Below, piece after piece: positions 1 to 6,463 of a stretch of 34,274 bases of DNA. The position numbers were made by a program, and so were the translations under genes. Positions within the stretch are counted from its first letter, which is position 1. Each line of letters begins with the position of its first letter. The stretch lies in IMG/VR virus record IMGVR_UViG_3300035102_000071; one strand, given 5' to 3'. The stretch is from a virus. The notes beneath the pieces were generated by a model. It did not search any database, was not told the DNA's origin, and saw nothing but the letters and a program-made list of their open reading frames with translations.

Positions 1-265
1 CTCTCTGGACCTGGAAGGCACCGGCATCACCTCGCTGCCCGACAACCTGACCGTGGGCGGCTCTCTGGACCTGGAAGGCACCGGCATCACCTCGCTGCCC
101 GACAACCTGACCGTGGGCGGCTCTCTGTACCTGCGCGGCACCGGCATCACCTCGCTGCCCGACAACCTGACCGTGGGCGGCTCTCTGTACCTGCGCGGCA
201 CCGGCATCACCCCGCTGCCCGACAACCTGACCGTGGGCGGCTATCTGGACCTGGAAGGCACCGGC
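1..265 (+). repeat. 60-bp tandem repeat array, part A (about 4.4 units, continues from the window end)
   Basis: Units at 1-60, 61-120, 121-180 and 181-240 are identical except at three codons plus one T>C at 212. The fifth unit decays after about 265. Confidence 0.95.
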
Positions 266-727
266 AGCACCGATACGTCAAGCGTCAATCGCAACGCGCC
301 GTCGATGCTGACGTGGCAAAATGGCCGTTACATCCTGGCCGATGATATCTTTTCCGAGGTCGTGAACAAACGCGGCGGCGTGTGGAGGTTGAAAAACATA
401 GGCAAGAGCGAGATCGTCTATCTGGTGACTGACGGCGAAGGCCGCTACGCGCACGGAAAGACCATCAAGGGTGCCCGCGAAGACCTGATTTACAAGATCG
501 CTGACCGCGACAAGTCTGCATACGAAGGGCTTGGGCTCAACCATGAATTTACGTTCCAAGAAGCGATCGAGGCGTACCGCGTCATCACCGGAGCCTGCGC
601 AGCTGGCGTCAAGCAATTCGTTTCCAGCCAGGAGCGCAAGGACAAGTACAGCGTGCAGGAAATCATTGGCATTACTAAAGGCCAGTACGGACACGCATCG
701 TTCGCCGAGTTCTTTTCGGCAGCATGA
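2..727 (+). CDS. LRR-like tandem-repeat protein, 3' part (continuation of 33903..34274 across the circular junction)
   Basis: The frame is open from the first in-frame codon. It encodes 20-aa units G-x-L-x-L-x-GTGITSLPDNLTVG, then a roughly 150-aa non-repetitive C-terminal domain (NRNAPSMLTWQNGRYILADD...ASFAEFFSAA). The TGA at 725-727 overlaps the next ATG. Confidence 0.8.
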   Translation, partial: SLDLEGTGITSLPDNLTVGGSLDLEGTGITSLPDNLTVGGSLYLRGTGITSLPDNLTVGGSLYLRGTGITPLPDNLTVGGYLDLEGTGSTDTSSVNRNAPSMLTWQNGRYILADDIFSEVVNKRGGVWRLKNIGKSEIVYLVTDGEGRYAHGKTIKGAREDLIYKIADRDKSAYEGLGLNHEFTFQEAIEAYRVITGACAAGVKQFVSSQERKDKYSVQEIIGITKGQYGHASFAEFFSAA

Positions 728-1272
728 TTGATAGTAGGCAGACCATGACTCTCACTTGTCCACGACCAGCCTCCACGCCCTACCACGTAAGGGGCAAAGA
801 CACGAAATGTGAGTGGCTGACGCCACCCGAAATCATTCAGGCGCTCGGTCCGTTCGACCTAGATCCGTGCGCTCCGGTTGAGCGCCCATGGGCAACCGCT
901 GAACGGCACTACAGCATTTTGGACAACGGCCTCTTGAAGTCGTGGATGGGCCGCGTGTGGCTCAACCCGCCCTATGGGCGTCAAGCCGCTGCATGGATGG
1001 AGAAGATGGCAAAGCATGGCAACGGAATCGCCCTGACTTTCGCCAGGACCGATACGTCCATGTTCCACGATCACGTTTATCCATACGCCTGGGGGCTGAT
1101 GTTTATGCGCGGTCGGCTCGCCTTCTGCAACGTTGACGGGACCAGGGCCGAAGCTCGAGCGGGCGCACCGTCAGTCTTGATTGCATACAGCGAAGCGGAT
1201 CTCGCGGCCATCAAGTCGAGCGGCTTGGATGGTCGGGCGATTGGATTAAAGGATGGAGGCTCAAATGCGTGA
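724..1272 (+). CDS. Phage Dam-type DNA N6-adenine methyltransferase
   Basis: It has the NPPY motif (VWLNPPYG) and the WLTPPEII...FDLDPCA N-terminus typical of the phage Dam family. Its start forms an ATGA overlap with the upstream stop. Confidence 0.85.
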   Translation: MIDSRQTMTLTCPRPASTPYHVRGKDTKCEWLTPPEIIQALGPFDLDPCAPVERPWATAERHYSILDNGLLKSWMGRVWLNPPYGRQAAAWMEKMAKHGNGIALTFARTDTSMFHDHVYPYAWGLMFMRGRLAFCNVDGTRAEARAGAPSVLIAYSEADLAAIKSSGLDGRAIGLKDGGSNA

Positions 1273-1444
1273 GCATGAATGTAAAGGGTGCCCTCAATAC
1301 AATCTTTTAAAAGCAGACCAAAACCGCTCAAGCACATGGCGCGATATGTGTTTGGTCGATTGCAAAGAGGCAGCAATCGGCAAGCCTGGATGCATCAAAA
1401 ACAAAAAAGCAACCGATTCAAAATCAGTTGAGGAAAACAAATGA
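1265..1444 (+). CDS. Small Cys-rich hypothetical protein (59 aa)
   Basis: GGAGG at 1255-1259 lies 5 nt before ATG 1265. The longer form from 1253 has no RBS. The stop forms an ATGA overlap with the next gene. Confidence 0.5.
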   Translation: MREHECKGCPQYNLLKADQNRSSTWRDMCLVDCKEAAIGKPGCIKNKKATDSKSVEENK

Positions 1445-1677
1445 GCATATCGAGACGACAATTCTTGAAGGGTCTGGCCGCCCTTGCGGCTTCCGCCGCT
1501 ATCCCGGTTCCCGCCTTCTCCTGCCGACGCGCTCCATATGTTACCGTAGGTGGCGGTACGGTTAGCTATATCGGCCACTGTCCAGGTGGATTCATCGGTT
1601 CAAAGGTCGTTCATTCTGTTGGCCCGTGGGACGCGGTTAAACGTGCCATCTACGACGCCGACAAGGTGCAGGGGTAA
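1441..1677 (+). CDS. Small exported protein with a twin-arginine (Tat) signal peptide
   Basis: The N-terminus MSISRRQFLKGLAALAASAAIPVPAFSC matches the S-R-R-x-F-L-K Tat consensus, followed by a hydrophobic h-region. A Cys follows the AFS motif. Confidence 0.65.
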   Translation: MSISRRQFLKGLAALAASAAIPVPAFSCRRAPYVTVGGGTVSYIGHCPGGFIGSKVVHSVGPWDAVKRAIYDADKVQG

Positions 1678-1680
1678 GCC

Positions 1681-1965
1681 ATGTCCAGAGAAGCAATTGA
1701 ATATCCGCGCTGTGTGAATGGTCGGGAATCACTCTCCGACAACTATTTCATCCTGTCGCTCGGCAAGATCGTGTGTGGGTACTGGATAGGATTCACAATG
1801 CAGCACGTACTTGTGGGTGCTGGACTTGCTGAATGGAAGGAAGGCGACAAGGGCGTCACTCCTACCACGAAAGGGAAAAAGGTATTGTATGACCTGACAT
1901 TCGGCGGCGGGAGTCAGTATTTCCTTCTCCCGACCGGGCCGCACCCCACCCGTGAATGTCATTAA
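1681..1965 (+). CDS. Hypothetical protein (94 aa)
   Basis: The ATG lies 3 nt after the upstream stop, on the same strand as its neighbours. I recognised no motif. Confidence 0.5.
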   Translation: MSREAIEYPRCVNGRESLSDNYFILSLGKIVCGYWIGFTMQHVLVGAGLAEWKEGDKGVTPTTKGKKVLYDLTFGGGSQYFLLPTGPHPTRECH

Positions 1966-1988
1966 ATCTGTAAGAGGCGTATCATGGA
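1966..1988 (+). repeat. 23-nt gene-boundary repeat, copy A (ATCTGTAAGAGGCGTATCATGGA)
   Basis: It is identical to 2985-3007. It contains AAGAGG plus the ATG of the downstream ORF. Confidence 0.9.
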
Positions 1989-2109
1989 TGATTTTCACCG
2001 AGAAATGCGACGCATTCAGTGGAGGCATTTAAGACGTTTGATTTTCAAGGCCATCATTCTGTGCGGTTCAATCGCGCTGCTACTAAAACTGGAAAACTAC
2101 ATTCGATAA
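1984..2109 (+). CDS. Small membrane protein (41 aa)
   Basis: The ATG is embedded in the conserved AAGAGGCGTATCATG initiation motif. Translation is MDDFHREMRRIQWRHLRRLIFKAIILCGSIALLLKLENYIR, with one hydrophobic span. Confidence 0.4.
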   Translation: MDDFHREMRRIQWRHLRRLIFKAIILCGSIALLLKLENYIR

Positions 2110-2152
2110 CCGAGAATAGGGAATCAGCAGTTCAACGTTAAGGAGAAATACA

Positions 2153-2422
2153 GTGGAAAAATTCGACTTCAAAGAAGCCTGCAAGGGATGTACTATAGCT
2201 TCTGAAACAGACTGCACATTGCAATCTACTGAGTTCGGTTGCGTCCGAGAAACGCACGAAGCTGCCACCGAAATGCTAACCTTCTTCCATGGTCGGTGCG
2301 GAGCGGACGATTCGTCGATTATTGAAATCATCTGTAACGGCGAACACTCCGATTTGTACGCCCAGCACGTTGCAGATTTGTTCACTCGGCTTGAAAAGGC
2401 GGTCGGTTTTGCAAAGGGGTAA
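2153..2422 (+). CDS. Cys-rich hypothetical protein (89 aa, GTG start)
   Basis: AAGGAGA at 2140-2146 lies 6 nt before GTG 2153. The 3' end overlaps the possible TTG start of the HicA-like ORF. Confidence 0.5.
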   Translation: MEKFDFKEACKGCTIASETDCTLQSTEFGCVRETHEAATEMLTFFHGRCGADDSSIIEIICNGEHSDLYAQHVADLFTRLEKAVGFAKG

Positions 2423-2621
2423 GGTAAGCAAAAAGAAAATTGTGAAGCTGCTCAAGAAGAACGGCTACGCCTTGGACCGCAAGGCCAAGCATGAGATTTG
2501 GGTGAAGTGCGGGCATGAAATAACCGTTTCCCATGGGCAGACCGTGTCGGGAGCTATGGCCGCGCATATTCGCTCTCAAGTCAGAAACCCAGTCTACAAA
2601 AGCGAGGCATACAATGGATAA
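2409..2621 (+). CDS. HicA/YcfA-like small protein (possible mRNA-interferase toxin); start uncertain (TTG 2409 or GTG 2442)
   Basis: The peptide KKKIVKLLKKNGYALDRKAKHEIWVKCGHEITVSHGQTVSGAMAAHIRSQV follows the HicA pattern (k.l.k.L.k.Gf...r..gsH..w......tv.H......g....I..q). There is no ATG and no strong RBS. Confidence 0.45.
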   Translation: MQRGKVSKKKIVKLLKKNGYALDRKAKHEIWVKCGHEITVSHGQTVSGAMAAHIRSQVRNPVYKSEAYNG

Positions 2622-2736
2622 ATGTAACTGTGCCAAATGTGTGAAGAGGCGCAGGGCATCAGTCGTGAAGTGGAAGAACTCCGTAAAGATTCTCAAAGAC
2701 AATAAATTTATATTTGACCTGTGCATGGCTGCATAG
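2614..2736 (+). CDS. Small hypothetical protein (40 aa, CxC..C)
   Basis: ATG 2614 overlaps the end of the HicA-like ORF. Translation starts MDKCNCAKCVKRRRASVVKWKNSVK. Support is weak. Confidence 0.3.
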   Translation: MDKCNCAKCVKRRRASVVKWKNSVKILKDNKFIFDLCMAA

Positions 2737-2743
2737 GTCGCAC

Positions 2744-2764
2744 TATCCGCAAGAGGCGTACATG
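2744..2764 (+). repeat. Degenerate third copy of the gene-boundary motif (TATCCGCAAGAGGCGTACATG)
   Basis: It shares AAGAGGCGTA-CATG and the upstream TATC-G with copies A and B, and ends in ATG 2762. Confidence 0.7.
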
Positions 2765-2980
2765 CTTGAACTGAGCAAGACATTCAGCATCAAGAAAACC
2801 ACGTTCGACATTGGTGCGGCTATCTCAACGTCGTGGCCCCAGCTCTGGTACGTGACCTGCAAACGTGGTCATAAATCGTGGCTACCGCTCGCTATCAAGG
2901 TCACCCAGGAGAGGGACGGAAAGGGCACGCTTGTGTTTTTGATAATCGGTCCGCTCGGTCTGCATGTCGGGTGGATGTAA
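2762..2980 (+). CDS. Hypothetical protein (72 aa)
   Basis: ATG 2762 is preceded by the conserved AAGAGG motif. Confidence 0.45.
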   Translation: MLELSKTFSIKKTTFDIGAAISTSWPQLWYVTCKRGHKSWLPLAIKVTQERDGKGTLVFLIIGPLGLHVGWM

Positions 2981-2984
2981 CCCT

Positions 2985-3007
2985 ATCTGTAAGAGGCGTA
3001 TCATGGA
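2985..3007 (+). repeat. 23-nt gene-boundary repeat, copy B
   Basis: It is identical to 1966-1988 and carries ATG 3003. Confidence 0.9.
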
Positions 3008-3073
3008 ACCCGCATCCGCTTTTGTAAAATCAGCTACTTGCGTGGCCAGTGATACAAAAGTGATACATGACAG

Positions 3074-3493
3074 CTACGGCCACACCACCGACCACGGGAA
3101 ACCCTCTTGCTGTGGCACGTCTCGCAGGGATTGTCGTTTCGTCGCCCAGGCCGTCCTTTCCTCGTCGGTCAAGGGCGCGTCGGCCAGTTGCGTCCAGTCG
3201 CTTTCGGCCAGCAGCCGGTCGCGCTTCGCCCGGACCTTATCGGCCTCGGCAGCGTCCCTAGCCGCCTCGTCCACCACGGCGGTGACCGCCGTCTCGCGGT
3301 AAACCAGGTCATCGCCTTTGACCCACTCAGTCTCGTAAGTGGTGAACGGCTCGCGTTTGATGGGCACAGCCTCGTTGTAGCCGATCTCGTCGCGCTGGGC
3401 CGGGGTCAGGTCCGCGAATTTGCGAATGTATCCGTCGTATTCGACGCGGGCCGGGGGTCGCAGTCTCACGGTACCGTCGGGATATCTCCACAT
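3074..3493 (-). CDS. Tail-fibre assembly chaperone
   Basis: The C-terminal KRDRLLAESDWTQLADAPLTDEERTAWATKRQSLRDVPQQEGFPWSVVWP is the characteristic phage tail-fibre chaperone motif. AAGGAGG lies 7 nt upstream. It is the last gene after the fibres. Confidence 0.8.
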   Translation of the reverse strand: MWRYPDGTVRLRPPARVEYDGYIRKFADLTPAQRDEIGYNEAVPIKREPFTTYETEWVKGDDLVYRETAVTAVVDEAARDAAEADKVRAKRDRLLAESDWTQLADAPLTDEERTAWATKRQSLRDVPQQEGFPWSVVWP

Positions 3494-3505
3494 GATAGTG
3501 CCTCC

Positions 3506-4912
3506 TTATTGTGCGTTGCTGTATTTGGCCGGGGTCAGCAAGACGCCCGCCCAGTTGTAGGTAGTTCCGCTGGCGTTCTGCGTGGTACTCACGAGCTTGA
3601 ATCCGCAGGAGGTGAACATCACCACCGCGCCAGGCGTACCGTCGTTGGTGTAGGTGGTCCCTTCGATGGTCACGGATTCCAGGGATGCCCCAGTCCATAT
3701 ATGCGGACCGTTGGCAACCCCGTTGCCATCATAGGCCCCGGACAACGAATAGTCGTCGTCAAGCATGTTGGCGTTTGCGAGGGTAATGAACCCGTCCGGC
3801 TGCGTGTAGGCGTATCCGTGCTGGCCGAAGTCCACGGACACGTAGCCACCGTCGTATTCGCCGACGCCGGGAGCGACCGGTTGCGGGGTAAACGTGATAA
3901 GCGGATTCTCGCCAGTAGCCGGGTCTCCGTTGAGAATCCAGGTACCGTTATGGCTGACCCACATTTTCCCGGCCGATGGGTCCACGGCCACGCCGAGAAC
4001 GTCGCCATCGGCAAAAGGCCCGGGGTACCCGACGTCGGTTCCTACCACACCGTCCTCGTATTTGACGAGAGATGTGGAACTCTGGACGCGGAGTCCCCAG
4101 GACCCGACGAAGCCACCGACCACGGGAGTGTGTTCCAGGCCAGCCTCTGCACCCGTAGCTATGCCAAAAGTGTGGTATAGGATGCCTAGGTTGGGATCAC
4201 CAACCTCGAAGTAAAACGGGAAGCCTACCACGGCTGTGCCGAATATGCTGCGGTTGATCCCGCTGGGATAGCATCTAAACTTCAGGTTACCGTCGCTCAG
4301 TGTCCCGCCTGTAGTATATTCGAAACCACGCAGGGGGTTGATTACTGCGTAGTTGTTCGTAGGCGTGTCCACGGACTGAATCGCCCCGGTCAAGTCCCAA
4401 TCGTTACCATTTCCCGAGTAGTCCGCGCCAAGATTGACCGCGTCGGAGAAGTCCAGCAAGGTGTGGATGACCAGGCCGGCCAACCAGCGCGGCACCCACA
4501 GCCCGGTCACCACGCCGGATGCCTGATAGAAACTGGTGTAGTCCAAGGCCGCTTCAACGATGACGAGCCGCGAGACATATCCAGCGGTGGCCCCGGCGTA
4601 CTGGGTCAATGCCTCGGCCAGCAACCCGGCGTAGGTCGTGGCCGAGGTCGTGTAACTGCCGACCTGGATATCCTGTTTCCAGACAGTGACCGTGGTCCCG
4701 ACCTTGCGGATGGTCAGCAGATAATGGTGCGTGGGGTCGCACAGCGGGTAGGCGATATCCACCACCGTGGGCTTCCAGCAAAGGGCCATGGTCGCGTTGT
4801 CAGCCACGGCACCGGAGGACGAGAATCCGAACTCGCACAAGGCTGAATACCTGATATTGGCAGGGTATATGCTGCCACCGGTAGGCAAGATCACATCGTG
4901 TACAAGGCCCAT
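3506..4912 (-). CDS. Distal tail-fibre / receptor-binding protein with a SPRY (B30.2)-like domain
   Basis: TLSDGNLKF...GFPFYFEV...GSWGLRV...FADGDVLGVAVDPSAGKMWVSHNG matches the SPRY signature. There is a GGAGG RBS, and the gene sits between a fibre and its chaperone. Confidence 0.75.
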   Translation of the reverse strand: MGLVHDVILPTGGSIYPANIRYSALCEFGFSSSGAVADNATMALCWKPTVVDIAYPLCDPTHHYLLTIRKVGTTVTVWKQDIQVGSYTTSATTYAGLLAEALTQYAGATAGYVSRLVIVEAALDYTSFYQASGVVTGLWVPRWLAGLVIHTLLDFSDAVNLGADYSGNGNDWDLTGAIQSVDTPTNNYAVINPLRGFEYTTGGTLSDGNLKFRCYPSGINRSIFGTAVVGFPFYFEVGDPNLGILYHTFGIATGAEAGLEHTPVVGGFVGSWGLRVQSSTSLVKYEDGVVGTDVGYPGPFADGDVLGVAVDPSAGKMWVSHNGTWILNGDPATGENPLITFTPQPVAPGVGEYDGGYVSVDFGQHGYAYTQPDGFITLANANMLDDDYSLSGAYDGNGVANGPHIWTGASLESVTIEGTTYTNDGTPGAVVMFTSCGFKLVSTTQNASGTTYNWAGVLLTPAKYSNAQ

Positions 4913-4915
4913 ATC

Positions 4916-6463
4916 CTATACCTCCGTGTTGGCAAAGATGATCCACTGGTTTGTCCCGTCGTTGACCAGGGATATAACGCAGCCACTCTTGGTGGAATCA
5001 TACATGCCAACCACCTTATCATACCCCGCGTCATAGGCAACAGTACCGCCGCCAGTGAGCAGGAGCGTCACCCGGCCCACGCCAGTAATCATGCCAAGCA
5101 CCGTCTCTGGTGTTGCCCCAGCTTTTTGGTAGTCGGTTAGAGTACCAATTTCCGCTTGCGCCCCCCATACATAAAACCCATTAACACCATTTCCGAGATA
5201 GTTGGTAGTGGTTCCGTCGAAAAACCGAACGCCATTGTTGTATGCGGTTATACCAGTTCCGAGAGAGTACGTTAATGAACACCTATACCACCCGGACCCA
5301 ACGTCAACAATAGACGAGTCTAGGAACACCCCTGTACCGGAAAAGTAAGCCAATGTGCTAGTCACAGTAGAAAGGTTGTAACGCGCAACAACATAGTTGG
5401 TACTGTTTATCCCGTATAACTCGAATTGAGTGTTCTCAGCGGCCTTGGCGTAGATTGAAAATGTGACTACGGAATTGTCCGGCACAGATACATTCTGGGA
5501 TCTTGTCTTAATCGTAGTAGCCGAATCCTCGACTAACTTGTCAGCGGTCAATGATCCATCCGGGGCGGCTATTGCATCAATCGTTACTGTACAGTTTGAC
5601 GCAACCCACGCAGAAACAGGGTTTCCCTCGGAAGAGGTTCTAAAGTCTTCTGACGACTTTATCAAATTCTTTGCAGTGTCCACAGTGCGGAGCGACCCGG
5701 CAGACACGGCGATGTCACCCGAGGTGTAGGCGAGTGGTGTTTCGGTGAAGCCAACAGTCAGGGTGTTGGTGGTGTCAGCCTTGAGGATGCCGGGATCATA
5801 GGCCTCTACTGTGACACCGATGTCGCCAGTGACCAGGATGTCGGCGGCTGCGGGAATGGCGTCTCTCGCAGCCTCGGCTGCGGCCTGAGCGGTCTCGGCG
5901 AGTCCTTGAGCGGTCTCGGCCAGGACCTTTGATGCTGAAGCTGCTGTGGCGTAACCTTGGGCATTTGATATTTCATCAGATGTTGGGCCGTTTGTAAGGG
6001 CAGTCCCACCGGAGTTCCACGCTAGAGCCTTCCCCCCTTCCGGGTCAGGCACAGTCAGACCGGTGAAAGACGATGATTTTTTCAAGACAAGGGACCTGCT
6101 GGCATCTCGCCTGGCGTCTTGGATCATTCGTGTGATGGCATCCAATTGAGCGTTAATTTCTATTGCCCTGTAGTCCCCGCTAACCTGGAAATCCGTGGTC
6201 CTTTCAACCGTGGTGTCCCTTTCAATGGTGATCGTATCGTTGATTGCCGCACCGACCAGCAAGGTGATGTTGCCGGTGCTGTCTTCTCCGATGGAGACGG
6301 TGTAATCGGTTCCGAGCGAAAGGACAATCTCGGCGGACGTGAGGGCCACCAATTGGATAACAGTCAAGTCCGATTCGTCCCCGACGGGAAACGTGAAATC
6401 AAAAACCGTTTGCCCTGCGGTGGCCGTGTATCGGTCCCGCGCCGTGTTTTCTGAGGTAGCCAT
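4916..6463 (-). CDS. Tail fibre / tailspike with an N-terminal virion-anchor domain and a C-terminal lectin-like domain
   Basis: The N-terminus RYTATAGQTVFDFTFPV...LGTDYTV...ITLLVGAAINDTITIERDT..DF...AIEINAQLD is the common podovirus fibre anchor. The C-terminus has the APDGSLTADKLVED...GWYRCSLTY...YVWGAQAEIG jelly-roll motif. Confidence 0.85.
   Translation of the reverse strand: MATSENTARDRYTATAGQTVFDFTFPVGDESDLTVIQLVALTSAEIVLSLGTDYTVSIGEDSTGNITLLVGAAINDTITIERDTTVERTTDFQVSGDYRAIEINAQLDAITRMIQDARRDASRSLVLKKSSSFTGLTVPDPEGGKALAWNSGGTALTNGPTSDEISNAQGYATAASASKVLAETAQGLAETAQAAAEAARDAIPAAADILVTGDIGVTVEAYDPGILKADTTNTLTVGFTETPLAYTSGDIAVSAGSLRTVDTAKNLIKSSEDFRTSSEGNPVSAWVASNCTVTIDAIAAPDGSLTADKLVEDSATTIKTRSQNVSVPDNSVVTFSIYAKAAENTQFELYGINSTNYVVARYNLSTVTSTLAYFSGTGVFLDSSIVDVGSGWYRCSLTYSLGTGITAYNNGVRFFDGTTTNYLGNGVNGFYVWGAQAEIGTLTDYQKAGATPETVLGMITGVGRVTLLLTGGGTVAYDAGYDKVVGMYDSTKSGCVISLVNDGTNQWIIFANTEV

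Noticed and set aside
1-265. Could the tandem 60-bp repeats be a CRISPR array?
   Set aside because: The units are directly adjacent with no spacers. They are in frame inside a long ORF and encode a regular 20-aa LRR-like motif.
2964-3302. A 112-aa plus-strand ORF, including the form starting at ATG 3003 in the boundary repeat.
   Set aside because: Most of its body is antisense to the chaperone gene (3074..3493) and is Ala/Ser/Arg-rich. Only the first roughly 23 codons lie outside that gene. It is possibly a decayed remnant of an ancestral small gene.
3107-4180. A 357-aa plus-strand ORF.
   Set aside because: It is antisense to the well-supported fibre and chaperone genes. Its translation is R/G/V/H-rich and low-complexity, with no RBS. 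This is typical of open antisense frames in GC-rich coding DNA.
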